From an uncultured Anaerolineaceae bacterium (GTDB lineage Bacteria > Chloroflexota > Anaerolineae > Anaerolineales > Anaerolineaceae): a DNA stretch of 57,101 nt. This document shows positions 45,455 through 54,883 of this stretch, one piece after another. Under the pieces are notes generated by a model, which was not told the DNA's origin, did no database searches, and saw nothing but the letters and a program-made list of their open reading frames with translations. The position numbers and the translations under genes were made by a program. Each line of letters starts with the position of its first letter. The first letter of the stretch is position 1. The stretch is from contig CAYMNM010000001.1 of assembly GCA_964391795.1 (NCBI GenBank), forward strand, positions 1 through 57,101. Reading direction: 5' to 3'.

Positions 45455-45503
45455 ATAATAATTAAAGGGCTTGCCAAATAAACGCAAGCCCTTTAATTAT
45501 TAT
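45455..45503. terminator. Perfect 20-bp inverted repeat (bidirectional terminator candidate)
   Basis: ATAATAATTAAAGGGCTTGC (45455-45474), loop CAAATAAAC, GCAAGCCCTTTAATTATTAT (45484-45503). Lies between convergent genes. Confidence 0.7.
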
Positions 45504-45514
45504 CGAAATGCAGT

Positions 45515-45922
45515 TTATTTTTGATTGGCAATCAGGTACGCGATAACTTGCTCCAATTCGCTCGCAGTAAAAAGAACATCATTGTGATATTCATTGTTGA
45601 TAACCTCAACCCATTGTTCAGCCGTCAGTTTCTTCGAAAGCAAAAAATCCACTGTGTGATGCCCGTTGAGTTGGGTCTCAATCAGTGCAAGTACCTGCTC
45701 ATCAGTTAAGACACCCGTCTTGGCCAAATCCTCTGCTGGAGCTGTGACTGGATAAGCAGTCGAAACTGTCGTGGCAATCGGTGCTTCATTGATCGGATAA
45801 GCCTCAGGTACTGTTTCAACCACAGGGGAAGGAGCAGGGGTTTCTTTTTTTGGGTTGCATGCTGACAGAACTGATAAAGCAAGCAGAGTAAAAATCAACA
45901 TCACAAGTAGTCTCTTTTTCAT
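45515..45922 (-). CDS. Small lipoprotein, function unknown
   Basis: Signal/lipobox LLALSVLSAC, a Pro/Thr/Ala linker, then a roughly 70-aa helical domain. Confidence 0.6.
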   Translation of the reverse strand: MKKRLLVMLIFTLLALSVLSACNPKKETPAPSPVVETVPEAYPINEAPIATTVSTAYPVTAPAEDLAKTGVLTDEQVLALIETQLNGHHTVDFLLSKKLTAEQWVEVINNEYHNDVLFTASELEQVIAYLIANQK

Positions 45923-45961
45923 AGTTACCTCACTTCATCCATTAATAGCGGAATTATATCG

Positions 45962-47878
45962 TTATTTAATAATGAAAAAACAAGCACCAACCTGGTTTTT
46001 CTCCAGCAAAACAAAATTTTCTCTTTGAGAAAACTCCTCACAGTGCATTGAGAAGATGGCGGTTGGTTCAAAATTGCGATCCAGATATTTGGAGGATGGT
46101 CCATCTGCATTAAGATATGTGATTCTTGCCTTTCCTTCAGTTGTATTCACCATCGCCCATAGTGGATACTCCATGAAAGGGCCTTTCGAATCCAGACCGA
46201 GGGCCTGGGGTATGGATTGGCCTCCAATGTGTTCTCTGACTTTGATATAGAGTTCGTAATCTTCCGGTTCAGTATTGAAATACATCTGCTCTCTTGAAGA
46301 CCGAAGGATGGAAGGATTCTGAGTAAATTCAGCAATCGGGAATAGTGGTCTTTCATTCACAGAAACCAACCAGGGTATTGAAGCCAAGACAAGTAGGCCG
46401 CTGATAATGGAACCCCAATGAAATTTTTGTTGATCCAATTTATCAAAATGAATTCCTACAATAGGCGCAAATAGAAAGAAGTAAGCTAATTGCCACCGAC
46501 TTCCATTAGTCTGCCATTTAAGAAGGATGTTAAATACAAGATAGCTGCTAAGCAGCAAGCCTGTAAAAATCATGATGGAACGCGAATTTTCGTCTCTGCG
46601 TTTGATCAGAGTTACGATCACTGCCACAATAACAACAGCGATAACAATGCTTTGCAGCGGGTTACCGGAACTCATCTCAGACGTATTCATCTTAGGAATA
46701 CTAAAAAAACCACCTAATGTGATTTTCGGATCGTTCACAAGCATCCCAATCCTGGTGTGGAGGTTCAGTATTTCACCTTGCAGCCAAGTTTCAGCACGTA
46801 AAAAAGGTAAGTCTGCATGCAGTGCAAAATTTCTTAGCAAATTGGAGGCCATCACCTGCAGCGTGTACTCCTCATTTAAGACGGTTGTGTTTGCTGAAAC
46901 CTCAAACGCGCTGCCATAAGTGCCAAAATTCCGAATAAAAAAACCGGAAACCAATCCAAGCAGGATTACAGCTGACAATACTAAACGTTGGAGTATTTTG
47001 ACAAACCCAATCTTACCAATCTGCATTGCATAGAGGTAGATGCCAAATGGAAGCAATAATAATACTGTGACCGGTTTTGTGAGGAACGCCAGGCCGGCTG
47101 CAAAGCTTGCCAGCATGACATTGAATTTAAAGTTATTATCTTCTCTAAAGAAAAATACGATCATGACAAATGAAACAACCCATAGAGTTGCTGGCAAATC
47201 ATCCAGACAACCACTTGCCAAAGCCAGCGCAATCGGCAAAGTCGCCCCAAAAACAGCTGCATAGCGGGTTCCTGCTGCCCTGGCTCCAAACATGCGCGCA
47301 ATCGCAATGACAGCCTGAATGCAGCCAAGATAAGCAAACCAGGGAATGATATTGCACCAGCGATCAGAGCCTGCCAATACATACATATTCAGCAAACCTA
47401 TCCCGATGCCGGGAGGAGCACTATTCAAACTTTCATTTTGGCTAGCAAAATGCGCCAGTGTTTGATTTTGAGCCCAGTGCGCCACACGAGTCATGCCAAA
47501 GTTCATGGCCTCTTGCGAATTGGGCGGTGCGATAAACCCGATCATCAGGGGTATAAGAACGATGATGGCTATTGCCACGTCCCAGGCCAGAACCAGTCTT
47601 GAAGCGTGGTGATAGACCAAAGGTAATCTGAAAATGAAACGACGCTTGAAAAGAACGATAAACCATAGAATGAAAGCTGCAATCACAAGTAACCAGGCAA
47701 CTGATAGTCCGATCCTGGTTATTGCCTTAAAGAGGCTCAGAATTTCAGTACTGATGACCATGTAAGACCACCACATGATCATGGCCTGGATGAAGGCAGC
47801 CCTCCAGTTGGGTTCGCGACGGGTGTTTCCTGAGAAGAACCAAAACGCAAAAAATGCCAGAATTGGTAGGATGACCAT
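45962..47878 (-). CDS. Large polytopic membrane protein, GT-C-fold (ArnT/PMT-like) glycosyltransferase candidate
   Basis: About 12-14 TM helices followed by a soluble C-terminal domain of roughly 140 aa. This architecture is typical of GT39/GT83-type enzymes. No catalytic motif verified. Confidence 0.45.
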   Translation of the reverse strand: MVILPILAFFAFWFFSGNTRREPNWRAAFIQAMIMWWSYMVISTEILSLFKAITRIGLSVAWLLVIAAFILWFIVLFKRRFIFRLPLVYHHASRLVLAWDVAIAIIVLIPLMIGFIAPPNSQEAMNFGMTRVAHWAQNQTLAHFASQNESLNSAPPGIGIGLLNMYVLAGSDRWCNIIPWFAYLGCIQAVIAIARMFGARAAGTRYAAVFGATLPIALALASGCLDDLPATLWVVSFVMIVFFFREDNNFKFNVMLASFAAGLAFLTKPVTVLLLLPFGIYLYAMQIGKIGFVKILQRLVLSAVILLGLVSGFFIRNFGTYGSAFEVSANTTVLNEEYTLQVMASNLLRNFALHADLPFLRAETWLQGEILNLHTRIGMLVNDPKITLGGFFSIPKMNTSEMSSGNPLQSIVIAVVIVAVIVTLIKRRDENSRSIMIFTGLLLSSYLVFNILLKWQTNGSRWQLAYFFLFAPIVGIHFDKLDQQKFHWGSIISGLLVLASIPWLVSVNERPLFPIAEFTQNPSILRSSREQMYFNTEPEDYELYIKVREHIGGQSIPQALGLDSKGPFMEYPLWAMVNTTEGKARITYLNADGPSSKYLDRNFEPTAIFSMHCEEFSQRENFVLLEKNQVGACFFIIK

Positions 47879-47909
47879 GTCAGTTATTCTGTATGAAATC
47901 TATTTGGTT

Positions 47910-49346
47910 TCAACTGGCCGGGCGTTTTTCTACGTCATTAAAGTAGTCAGCCGTAATTGATTGGCTGCTTTCGTCCTCATCCAGATTCATAAAGGCGGCA
48001 AGAATTGGGTGAGTATTTTCGATTTTCTCATACATGCCTCTGGCAATCCGACGGATAGAGAAATGCGCATTGCTGGCGCTGCGCAGTTTGCAGAAATGGA
48101 AAGCCTCTCTGAGGTTCAGACGGCACAAAACACGTCGATTATAGGCGTTTGGAACCACATAAGAGGCGACAGCAGCATTGAATGGTTCAATTTTCTTATA
48201 AAGCCTGTTTGCCATTTCCATGGCAGTTATGTAATTCTCTTCAAATTCAGCTTCTGTAATACCTTTTGGGATTGCATATCCAAGATTTGTACCAAGGGCT
48301 TGCGGTGTCTGACTCATCATACGGTGCCTTTTGAACTCAAAATACGCGCCCTGATCCATCACCAGGTCAAAGGTGTAATCTGCGTACTCAAGCTCGCGCA
48401 AGGTTTGGTCATATTTGCCCATGTGCTTAAAGAGTTTGCTAGCTAAAACCTGCTTAGCTTCATCATCCATATTCTGCACTTGGTCAAGAGCAACAGAATA
48501 ACTGTCATCCCCAAATCGGTAAAGAACACCTGCTAATATCTTTGCTTCTCCATAAGGATCCACATCCAATAACTTGCACCATTCGTTGCTTTTGATTGTA
48601 TCGATTGCGTGAGAAAGTCCTGTAAAGGATTTTCTAACGTCATTGTAGTAAGCAATCGGGTCAGTATATTTGATTAGGGTAGGCAATTCCTGCATACCAA
48701 CACACTTGGTTTCGGCACCAACCATGCGGATTTCAGCCAGCTCAGAACTGAGCATTTTCTTGATGGCATATTCCAGAACCCGCGCGTTCATTGTCACCCC
48801 AACGTTGGCCATCGAGGCTGCTGGAAGTATGAAACGACCTACATCGACAGCCTTGACCCTGGCGCGATTAGCCCAGGCTTTTTCAGATTCACCTTCCAAT
48901 CTTGGGGTTCTTGCTTCAGACCAGGGTTTCAAGGCTTTGAGAGCTTGGGCATAGGTACCAAAAAGCAGATCCATTAATTGGAGATAATCTGATTTAAATT
49001 CGCTGTTCTTAATTTCATCCGGGATAACAAAGGCTTTTGGATTCCATTCCTGGTAGCGTGTTGATTTTTCTGTATATGAGGCCAGCCGATTACCTTCAAT
49101 GTTTTCAATCGCCAGCCGCGATACATTTTCCATGGCCAGGTGTATGACGGCATGTTCTGCCACGCTTGAGTGACCATAACCTACAATCCACTTTTCACTG
49201 AACTTGGCAGACTTTTCATCATCCAGTTCTGCAGCAATGACGTCAAATGGCTCAGGTGAGCGTGATGTCTTGGCAAAGGTCACTGCAATGGTTTCGGCAC
49301 TGATTTGGCTCGGGCTCAATCTGTATACTCTACGCTCAAGATCCAT
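47910..49346 (-). CDS. thyX: FAD-dependent thymidylate synthase, fused double-domain form
   Basis: Half 1 has FAKTSRS, YGHSSVAEH, SYTEKSTRY and AEIR. Half 2 has FKRHRMMSQ and KLRSASNAHFSIRRIA. 478 aa versus about 220-250 aa for single-domain ThyX. Confidence 0.87.
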   Translation of the reverse strand: MDLERRVYRLSPSQISAETIAVTFAKTSRSPEPFDVIAAELDDEKSAKFSEKWIVGYGHSSVAEHAVIHLAMENVSRLAIENIEGNRLASYTEKSTRYQEWNPKAFVIPDEIKNSEFKSDYLQLMDLLFGTYAQALKALKPWSEARTPRLEGESEKAWANRARVKAVDVGRFILPAASMANVGVTMNARVLEYAIKKMLSSELAEIRMVGAETKCVGMQELPTLIKYTDPIAYYNDVRKSFTGLSHAIDTIKSNEWCKLLDVDPYGEAKILAGVLYRFGDDSYSVALDQVQNMDDEAKQVLASKLFKHMGKYDQTLRELEYADYTFDLVMDQGAYFEFKRHRMMSQTPQALGTNLGYAIPKGITEAEFEENYITAMEMANRLYKKIEPFNAAVASYVVPNAYNRRVLCRLNLREAFHFCKLRSASNAHFSIRRIARGMYEKIENTHPILAAFMNLDEDESSQSITADYFNDVEKRPAS

Positions 49347-50265
49347 GTATCAATATCCTCCGGGCTTCTGCTTTGTCTTCTTCTATTTGCTTGCTAAGGT
49401 CGACCAAACAATCAAACTTCAATTCGGGGCGTATGAACTGGATAAAATCAACACTTATCTGTTCGTTATAGATGTCACCCTCAAAATCCAACAACAGAGT
49501 CTCCAGATTGGGACGTGCATTTTCTTCTACTGTTGGTCGAACACCAACGCTTGAAACTGAGTTGTAAAAGCTTCCATCCAGATGCGTTCGACTGGCATAA
49601 ACACCATATCGCGGGATAAATTTCTCAGGTTCAATCGCTAGATTAGCAGTCGGTAAACCTAACCTACGGCCAAGTTTTTTTCCTTCCTGCACTTTTCCAC
49701 TCATCGAATAGGGTCTGCCGAGCATTGCTGCTGCAAGCTCGGGCTTTCCTTCGCGTAATGCATTACGGATTGCTTCTGATGCAATCACATTTCCGTTGTA
49801 CAAAAATGGAGATTCTCGTAATACCTGAATGCCGAAGCGTCTCATAAACACCTGGATGGCCGGAATGGTCCCTTCCCTATCCTTGCCAAGGGTGAAATCC
49901 GGTCCAATTACCATTCCCTGCAGATCAAAATGTGAAATCAAGTCAGATAAAAAATCTTCAGCAGCTGTCGCAGCCAAGACCTTATTAAATGGCAATGTGA
50001 TTACCTGGTCAAGCCCTAATTCTTCGAACATTATGTTCTTTTCACTTTGGGTCATCAGATTGTAAGGATTCTTCTCGACACCAAAGAAAACCCGCGGATG
50101 AGGGAAAAAAGTGATCGCAACAGATTGGGCCTTTGTTTCGGCCGCTTTTGAACACAATTGATCGATAAGCGCCCGATGACCAAGGTGCAATCCATCAAAG
50201 TTGCCGATCGTTAACCAGACTGGCCCGGTTTTGGAACTTGGAAAAGCACTGAGAAATTCAGTCAT
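49336..50265 (-). CDS. ribF: Bifunctional riboflavin kinase / FMN adenylyltransferase
   Basis: GNFDGLHLGHRALI, FFPHP, and the C-terminal kinase domain (GRRLGLPTANL...VRPT). Its 3' end overlaps the thyX start by 11 nt. Confidence 0.95.
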   Translation of the reverse strand: MTEFLSAFPSSKTGPVWLTIGNFDGLHLGHRALIDQLCSKAAETKAQSVAITFFPHPRVFFGVEKNPYNLMTQSEKNIMFEELGLDQVITLPFNKVLAATAAEDFLSDLISHFDLQGMVIGPDFTLGKDREGTIPAIQVFMRRFGIQVLRESPFLYNGNVIASEAIRNALREGKPELAAAMLGRPYSMSGKVQEGKKLGRRLGLPTANLAIEPEKFIPRYGVYASRTHLDGSFYNSVSSVGVRPTVEENARPNLETLLLDFEGDIYNEQISVDFIQFIRPELKFDCLVDLSKQIEEDKAEARRILIHGS

Positions 50266-50323
50266 TCTCTGTAACCATATTATTGTTCGAAGGAATAATC
50301 CCCAGGGAATGTTTGTTTCTCAT

Positions 50324-51250
50324 CTACTGAAAGAAAACCTTTTTAGGTTGCCATTCTTGGGTTTCAGGGATATATTCCAGTAGAGCAATCAACTCGCTCT
50401 CACCGTCGACGCCTCTAGCCCACTTGCCGGCTTCCATCGGCTCTTTGGCGGGAATACGATGTCCATGCCTGATGTTGTCCACGTCGGCTTCTGCCAAATC
50501 AACTTTGTACCAGTCACTAAGAGCTTCTGATGCAGGAATGAGATACTGATACCAATCACCGCTCATGAAAGATTCTTGAAGCTTTCGCAGCGGGATTGCG
50601 TTTCTCAACCCAAATTGACCGCTCTTGGTGCGCCGCAAACCGGTTAGGGTAGCCCCACAACCGAGTTGTTCTCCCAGATCATTAGCCAACGAGCGCACAT
50701 AGGTGCCGGAGGAACACTGCACATCCAAAATTGCTTCAGGGGCATCCCATTCAAGCAAATCAATGTTGTGCACAGTCACTTCCCGAGGTTCCAGCTGAAC
50801 CTCTTCCCCACTCCTGGCCATATCGTAAGCTTTCCGACCACCTACTTTGATAGCTGAATAAGTTGGAGGTTTTTGCTCAAAGGTGCCAATAAAGTTCTTT
50901 AGGGTTTCGCTCAATTCTTCTTCAGTGATGTCAACAGGCATGCGTTTATTTATTGGGCTCTCAAGATCGTAAGAATCGGTGGTAATCCCAAATTGCACAA
51001 TTGCCTGATATCGCTTCTCAGAAGCAGATACGTACTCACTCAGGCGCACAGCAGGTCCTAATAAAACTACGAGAACGCCTGATGCCCTGGGGTCCAGGGT
51101 GCCAGCATGCCCTGCTCTGCGGATGTGGGTACCTGCCCTGACAATTTGAACCACATCATGTGATGTCATGCCGGTGGGTTTGTCGATGACCAGGACACCG
51201 GAAATCCGGCTTGCCAGGTTTGCTTCCTCTGATTGATAGCGATCGCTCAT
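50324..51250 (-). CDS. truB: tRNA pseudouridine(55) synthase
   Basis: GVLVIDKPTGMTSHDVV, GHAGTLDPRASGVLVV (catalytic Asp) and a PUA-like C-terminus. Confidence 0.96.
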   Translation of the reverse strand: MSDRYQSEEANLASRISGVLVIDKPTGMTSHDVVQIVRAGTHIRRAGHAGTLDPRASGVLVVLLGPAVRLSEYVSASEKRYQAIVQFGITTDSYDLESPINKRMPVDITEEELSETLKNFIGTFEQKPPTYSAIKVGGRKAYDMARSGEEVQLEPREVTVHNIDLLEWDAPEAILDVQCSSGTYVRSLANDLGEQLGCGATLTGLRRTKSGQFGLRNAIPLRKLQESFMSGDWYQYLIPASEALSDWYKVDLAEADVDNIRHGHRIPAKEPMEAGKWARGVDGESELIALLEYIPETQEWQPKKVFFQ

Positions 51251-51257
51251 ATTATTC

Positions 51258-52265
51258 CTACCTTGAATTAGATTCCCCTGTTTCTTTCAGATACCCGCGT
51301 GTGCGAGTTAATACACTGTCGATAATTGTCTGAAGTGGTCCATCAATATCCGCTCCAGCAGCAGCCGCGTGTCCACCACCGCCAAATTCCCGGGCTAACA
51401 CTGAAACATCGTACCCATTGCGTGAGCGCCAGCTAACTTTGGTTCTGATCGCGGATTGCTCAACAAAGATCACTGCGATCAGCATCTCTGCAACAGTCGT
51501 CATGTTGTTGACCAGGTCTGCATCGTCATTTTCGTTATAGCCCGACTCTTTGCGGTCCTTGAGTGTTAGGCTGGTCCACAATAGACCATCCTCCAAGTGC
51601 AATTTGGAAAGGCCTTGACCCCAATAGCGTAACTCTTCCAGTGAACGTGTAAGCAATACATTTTGATAAATCGAGGGTAAATCCGCGCCTGCTTCAAGAA
51701 GGTTTGCAGCAACTTTCAAACAGACCGGGCGCATATTCGAAGTTCTGAACCCGATGGTATCACTGATGATGCCAGTCAATAGAGATGCGGCCACTTCCTG
51801 ATCAATCTCCAGACCCCATTTCGGTAAATGTTGCGTGAGCATGAGCGCCGTTGCTTCGGCTTCTGGTTCGATCAGATTTACTTTGCCAAAATTCGAATTA
51901 GTCTTGTGGTGGTCGATAACCAAATCTGGTATCAGACCCGTAAGGATTTCACCAGTTCGAAATTCATCACCGCAATCTACAACTATCAGATAGCCAGGGT
52001 CCTCAGGCATCATATTGGAAATGTTTGCGAAATTAGGGAGGTAAGCATATCGGGTTCCAGGAATATCCTGGAGAATTAAATTGACTTTTCTTCCAGTATT
52101 TTTTAGTGCAGTGCCTAAACCCAATAATGAGCCAATAGCGTCACCATCCGGGCGGATATGTGAAACGACAGTGAACGAACTGGCAGCAGCCATTTCTTGC
52201 TTGATAGTTGTGTCGCCTGGGAAAGTCATCGATACCTGTTTCTTATTATAACGAAACCCTGACAT
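51258..52265 (-). CDS. nrnA: DHH/DHHA1 phosphoesterase (NrnA-like oligoribonuclease / pAp phosphatase)
   Basis: HIRPDGDAIGS, VVDCGD, VIDHH and GGGHAAAAG (DHHA1). Start is ATG 52265, or possibly the internal ATG at 52229. Confidence 0.85.
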   Translation of the reverse strand: MSGFRYNKKQVSMTFPGDTTIKQEMAAASSFTVVSHIRPDGDAIGSLLGLGTALKNTGRKVNLILQDIPGTRYAYLPNFANISNMMPEDPGYLIVVDCGDEFRTGEILTGLIPDLVIDHHKTNSNFGKVNLIEPEAEATALMLTQHLPKWGLEIDQEVAASLLTGIISDTIGFRTSNMRPVCLKVAANLLEAGADLPSIYQNVLLTRSLEELRYWGQGLSKLHLEDGLLWTSLTLKDRKESGYNENDDADLVNNMTTVAEMLIAVIFVEQSAIRTKVSWRSRNGYDVSVLAREFGGGGHAAAAGADIDGPLQTIIDSVLTRTRGYLKETGESNSR

Positions 52266-52272
52266 TTTTTGG

Positions 52273-52671
52273 TTAGTCGTTTAAAGGTGATGACCTCTGC
52301 GTGCCATCCGCGGGCTTTTGGTTCTCATCTGCTTTAATTTGCATCAGCAATTCGTCAAGCCGTTGGGCACGTTCTGGGGTTGGGTCCCAAAAGAAGCGAA
52401 GTTTGGGCATGACCCGCAATTCAACTTCATTGGCAATTTCATATTTCAGAAAACCTCGGGCGTGATTTAATGCCTCGATAACTTCTTCCTTAACCTCTGA
52501 TCCGCCCAATGCGGAAACGTAGATGTTGGCAAAGTCTAATTCCCGGTCTATCTTGACATCGGTTACTGTGACTGTTGCCAGACGTGGGTCTTCAGCTTTG
52601 GTCAAGAGGGCTACGGAAAGTACTTCCTTAACCCGCTCGTTTATTCTTCTCATTCTTAATTCTGTGGGCAT
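52273..52671 (-). CDS. rbfA: Ribosome-binding factor A
   Basis: RINERVKEVLS...DPRL..VTVTDVKIDRELDFANIYVS...LRVMPKLRF. Conserved position after infB. Confidence 0.95.
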   Translation of the reverse strand: MPTELRMRRINERVKEVLSVALLTKAEDPRLATVTVTDVKIDRELDFANIYVSALGGSEVKEEVIEALNHARGFLKYEIANEVELRVMPKLRFFWDPTPERAQRLDELLMQIKADENQKPADGTQRSSPLND

Positions 52672-52689
52672 CTTTACTCCCTGCGGAAC

Positions 52690-54480
52690 CTATCCGCCAA
52701 ATTTCTCCATGATGTAACATTCAATCACATCCCCAATCTGGAAGCCTTCAAAGCCTTTAAGCGTGATCCCGCATTCCATGCCTTCGCGCACTTCACGGAC
52801 TTCATCTTTTTCGCGGTGAATGGAAAGAACCTCGCCATCAAAAACTGATTCGTTGTTGCGCATTAAATGGACCTGTGCATTACGCCGAATTTCACCGCTG
52901 GTGATTCTGCAACCGGCGGCTGTGCCACCCTTGGAAACCTTAAAGATTGCCAAAACATTGGCTTTGCCAATCGTTTTCTCAACCATTTCAGGTTCAAGCA
53001 AGCCCTTGAGTGCTTTTTCAACATCTTCCAGTAAGCGATAAATAATTTTGTAGAGGCGCATGCTTACGCCTTCCTGTTCAGCCACTTTTCGGGCACCTTG
53101 TTCCACATCCACGTCGAAACCAAGGATAATCGCGTCCGAAGCAGCTGCCAGCATGACATCGCTTTCAGAGATATTGCCTGTTTCGGCATGCAACACATTC
53201 ACGTTGATATCTTTTTGTTTCTTGTTTAAAAGCTCAAGTTCATTCTGGATGGGCTCAAGCGAACCTTGCACATCTGCTTTCAGAATCAGTCTCAGTTCCT
53301 TCGCCTCACCAGATTTAACCTTGCTGAACAATTCTTCAAGTGTAGAACGCTTGCTGTGTTGTTTGAGTTCACGGGCTGCCTTACGCTCTGCTACGATTGA
53401 TCTTGCTTCTTTTTCATTCGCAACCACTTGGAAGAGATCTCCCGCTTCTGGCATGGCGTTTAAACCCATAACCCGTACAGGTGATGATGGGCTTGCTTTG
53501 GGCACACGTTTGCGATACTGATCCATCAAAGCTTTCAGCTTTCCATAAGCTTCACCGGCAACAACAATGTCTCCAACTTTGAGGGTGCCATTTTGTACCA
53601 ATAATGTTGCCATGGGACCGGTTGTTTTATCCAGGGAGGCCTCAACCACAGTTCCGATGGTGCGTCCCTTGGGATTAGCTTTGATCATAATGTTGTCAGC
53701 CACAAGGTTGATTGTTTCAAGTAAGTCTTCCAGGCCCTTTTTCGATTTTGCTGAGACCGGAACAACAAAGGTATCCCCATTCCACTCATCCGGTACCAAG
53801 CCAATATCAGCAAGTTGGCGCTTTACAAAATCTGGGTTGGCATCGGCTTTATCCATCTTGTTCAAGGCAACGATAATCGGCACTTGGGCAGCTTTGGCGT
53901 GGTTGGTGGCTTCACGGGTTTGAGGTTGAACGCCATCATCCGCTGCTACAACTAACACGACAACATCCGCGCCTTGTGCACCGCGTGCTCTCATGGAAGA
54001 AAAGGCAGCGTGACCAGGCGTATCTAAGAAGGTGATTGCGTGACCCTTATGATTCACTTGATAAGCACCAATGTGCTGAGTAATACCGCCTGCTTCTCCG
54101 CTAGCGACATCCGTGTGTCGGATGGCATCCAAAAGCGAGGTTTTTCCATGATCGACATGACCAAGAATGGTGACAACCGGAGGTCGGTTCTCAAGATCAT
54201 CTGGGCTTTCACCCAGGATAAGTCTACGCCACAGGGGCAACTCACCCACTTCTTCAACCAGTTCTTCTTCTTTTTCTAATTCCGGTTCAAAACCAAGTTC
54301 GGTAGCAACGACCGCGGAAGTGTCAAAGTCAATGGTTTGGTTAATGCTTGCCATGACCCCGTTATTCATGAGAATCTTAATCACTTGAACGGCGCTTGCG
54401 TTGAGCATGCCTGCCAGATCGCGGACCGTAATGTTATAAGGTAACTGGATTTTCTTTTCTGTGCCCATTTTTTCCTCCAA
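52690..54480 (-). CDS. infB: Translation initiation factor IF-2 (short N-terminus)
   Basis: IF2_N segment (ITVRDLAGML). G domain GHVDHGKTSLLD, DTPGH, NKMD. C-terminal domains. 596 aa. Confidence 0.97.
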   Translation of the reverse strand: MEEKMGTEKKIQLPYNITVRDLAGMLNASAVQVIKILMNNGVMASINQTIDFDTSAVVATELGFEPELEKEEELVEEVGELPLWRRLILGESPDDLENRPPVVTILGHVDHGKTSLLDAIRHTDVASGEAGGITQHIGAYQVNHKGHAITFLDTPGHAAFSSMRARGAQGADVVVLVVAADDGVQPQTREATNHAKAAQVPIIVALNKMDKADANPDFVKRQLADIGLVPDEWNGDTFVVPVSAKSKKGLEDLLETINLVADNIMIKANPKGRTIGTVVEASLDKTTGPMATLLVQNGTLKVGDIVVAGEAYGKLKALMDQYRKRVPKASPSSPVRVMGLNAMPEAGDLFQVVANEKEARSIVAERKAARELKQHSKRSTLEELFSKVKSGEAKELRLILKADVQGSLEPIQNELELLNKKQKDINVNVLHAETGNISESDVMLAAASDAIILGFDVDVEQGARKVAEQEGVSMRLYKIIYRLLEDVEKALKGLLEPEMVEKTIGKANVLAIFKVSKGGTAAGCRITSGEIRRNAQVHLMRNNESVFDGEVLSIHREKDEVREVREGMECGITLKGFEGFQIGDVIECYIMEKFGG

Positions 54481-54536
54481 ACTTGCACATAGTGCAAATC
54501 GTATTTTTCCCCGGGCACCAGTGAATTCTTAGTTTT

Positions 54537-54863
54537 TCACACAAGCCCCGAGCTGCTTCCCTCTGCCGGGTTTGGACCGGTAGGGGGCAATGATTCCATA
54601 TATTTCCTCAGGCTGCCCAAATCATCAGCGCTAATCTCAGTTTTCAAAGCTGAGGAGAGAGCCCCTTTTAGGCCCTTTTCCCAACAACTGTGCTGATCGT
54701 GCAAATAGGCGCCCCGACCGGCTGCTTTCCCTGTCGGGTCCACTTTCACGCCCTCGCTGGTTCTCACCAGTCGAATAAGGCTTCTTTTTTCAAGCGTCTG
54801 GCGGCATCCCACACAAGTACGTTGTGGGATGCGCCTGACTTTTACGGCTTTTTTAGTGGCCAT
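54537..54863 (-). CDS. ylxR: YlxR/RnpM-family (DUF448) RNA-binding protein
   Basis: RTCVGCRQ...LIRLV...GRGAYL, in the canonical position between nusA and infB. Confidence 0.9.
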   Translation of the reverse strand: MATKKAVKVRRIPQRTCVGCRQTLEKRSLIRLVRTSEGVKVDPTGKAAGRGAYLHDQHSCWEKGLKGALSSALKTEISADDLGSLRKYMESLPPTGPNPAEGSSSGLV

Positions 54864-54883
54864 CGCCTAAGGTCTTATTATGT

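Noticed and set aside
47961-48446. 161-aa antisense ORF inside thyX.
   Set aside because: It is an opposite-strand shadow of the thyX frame. It carries no motifs and has no SD.
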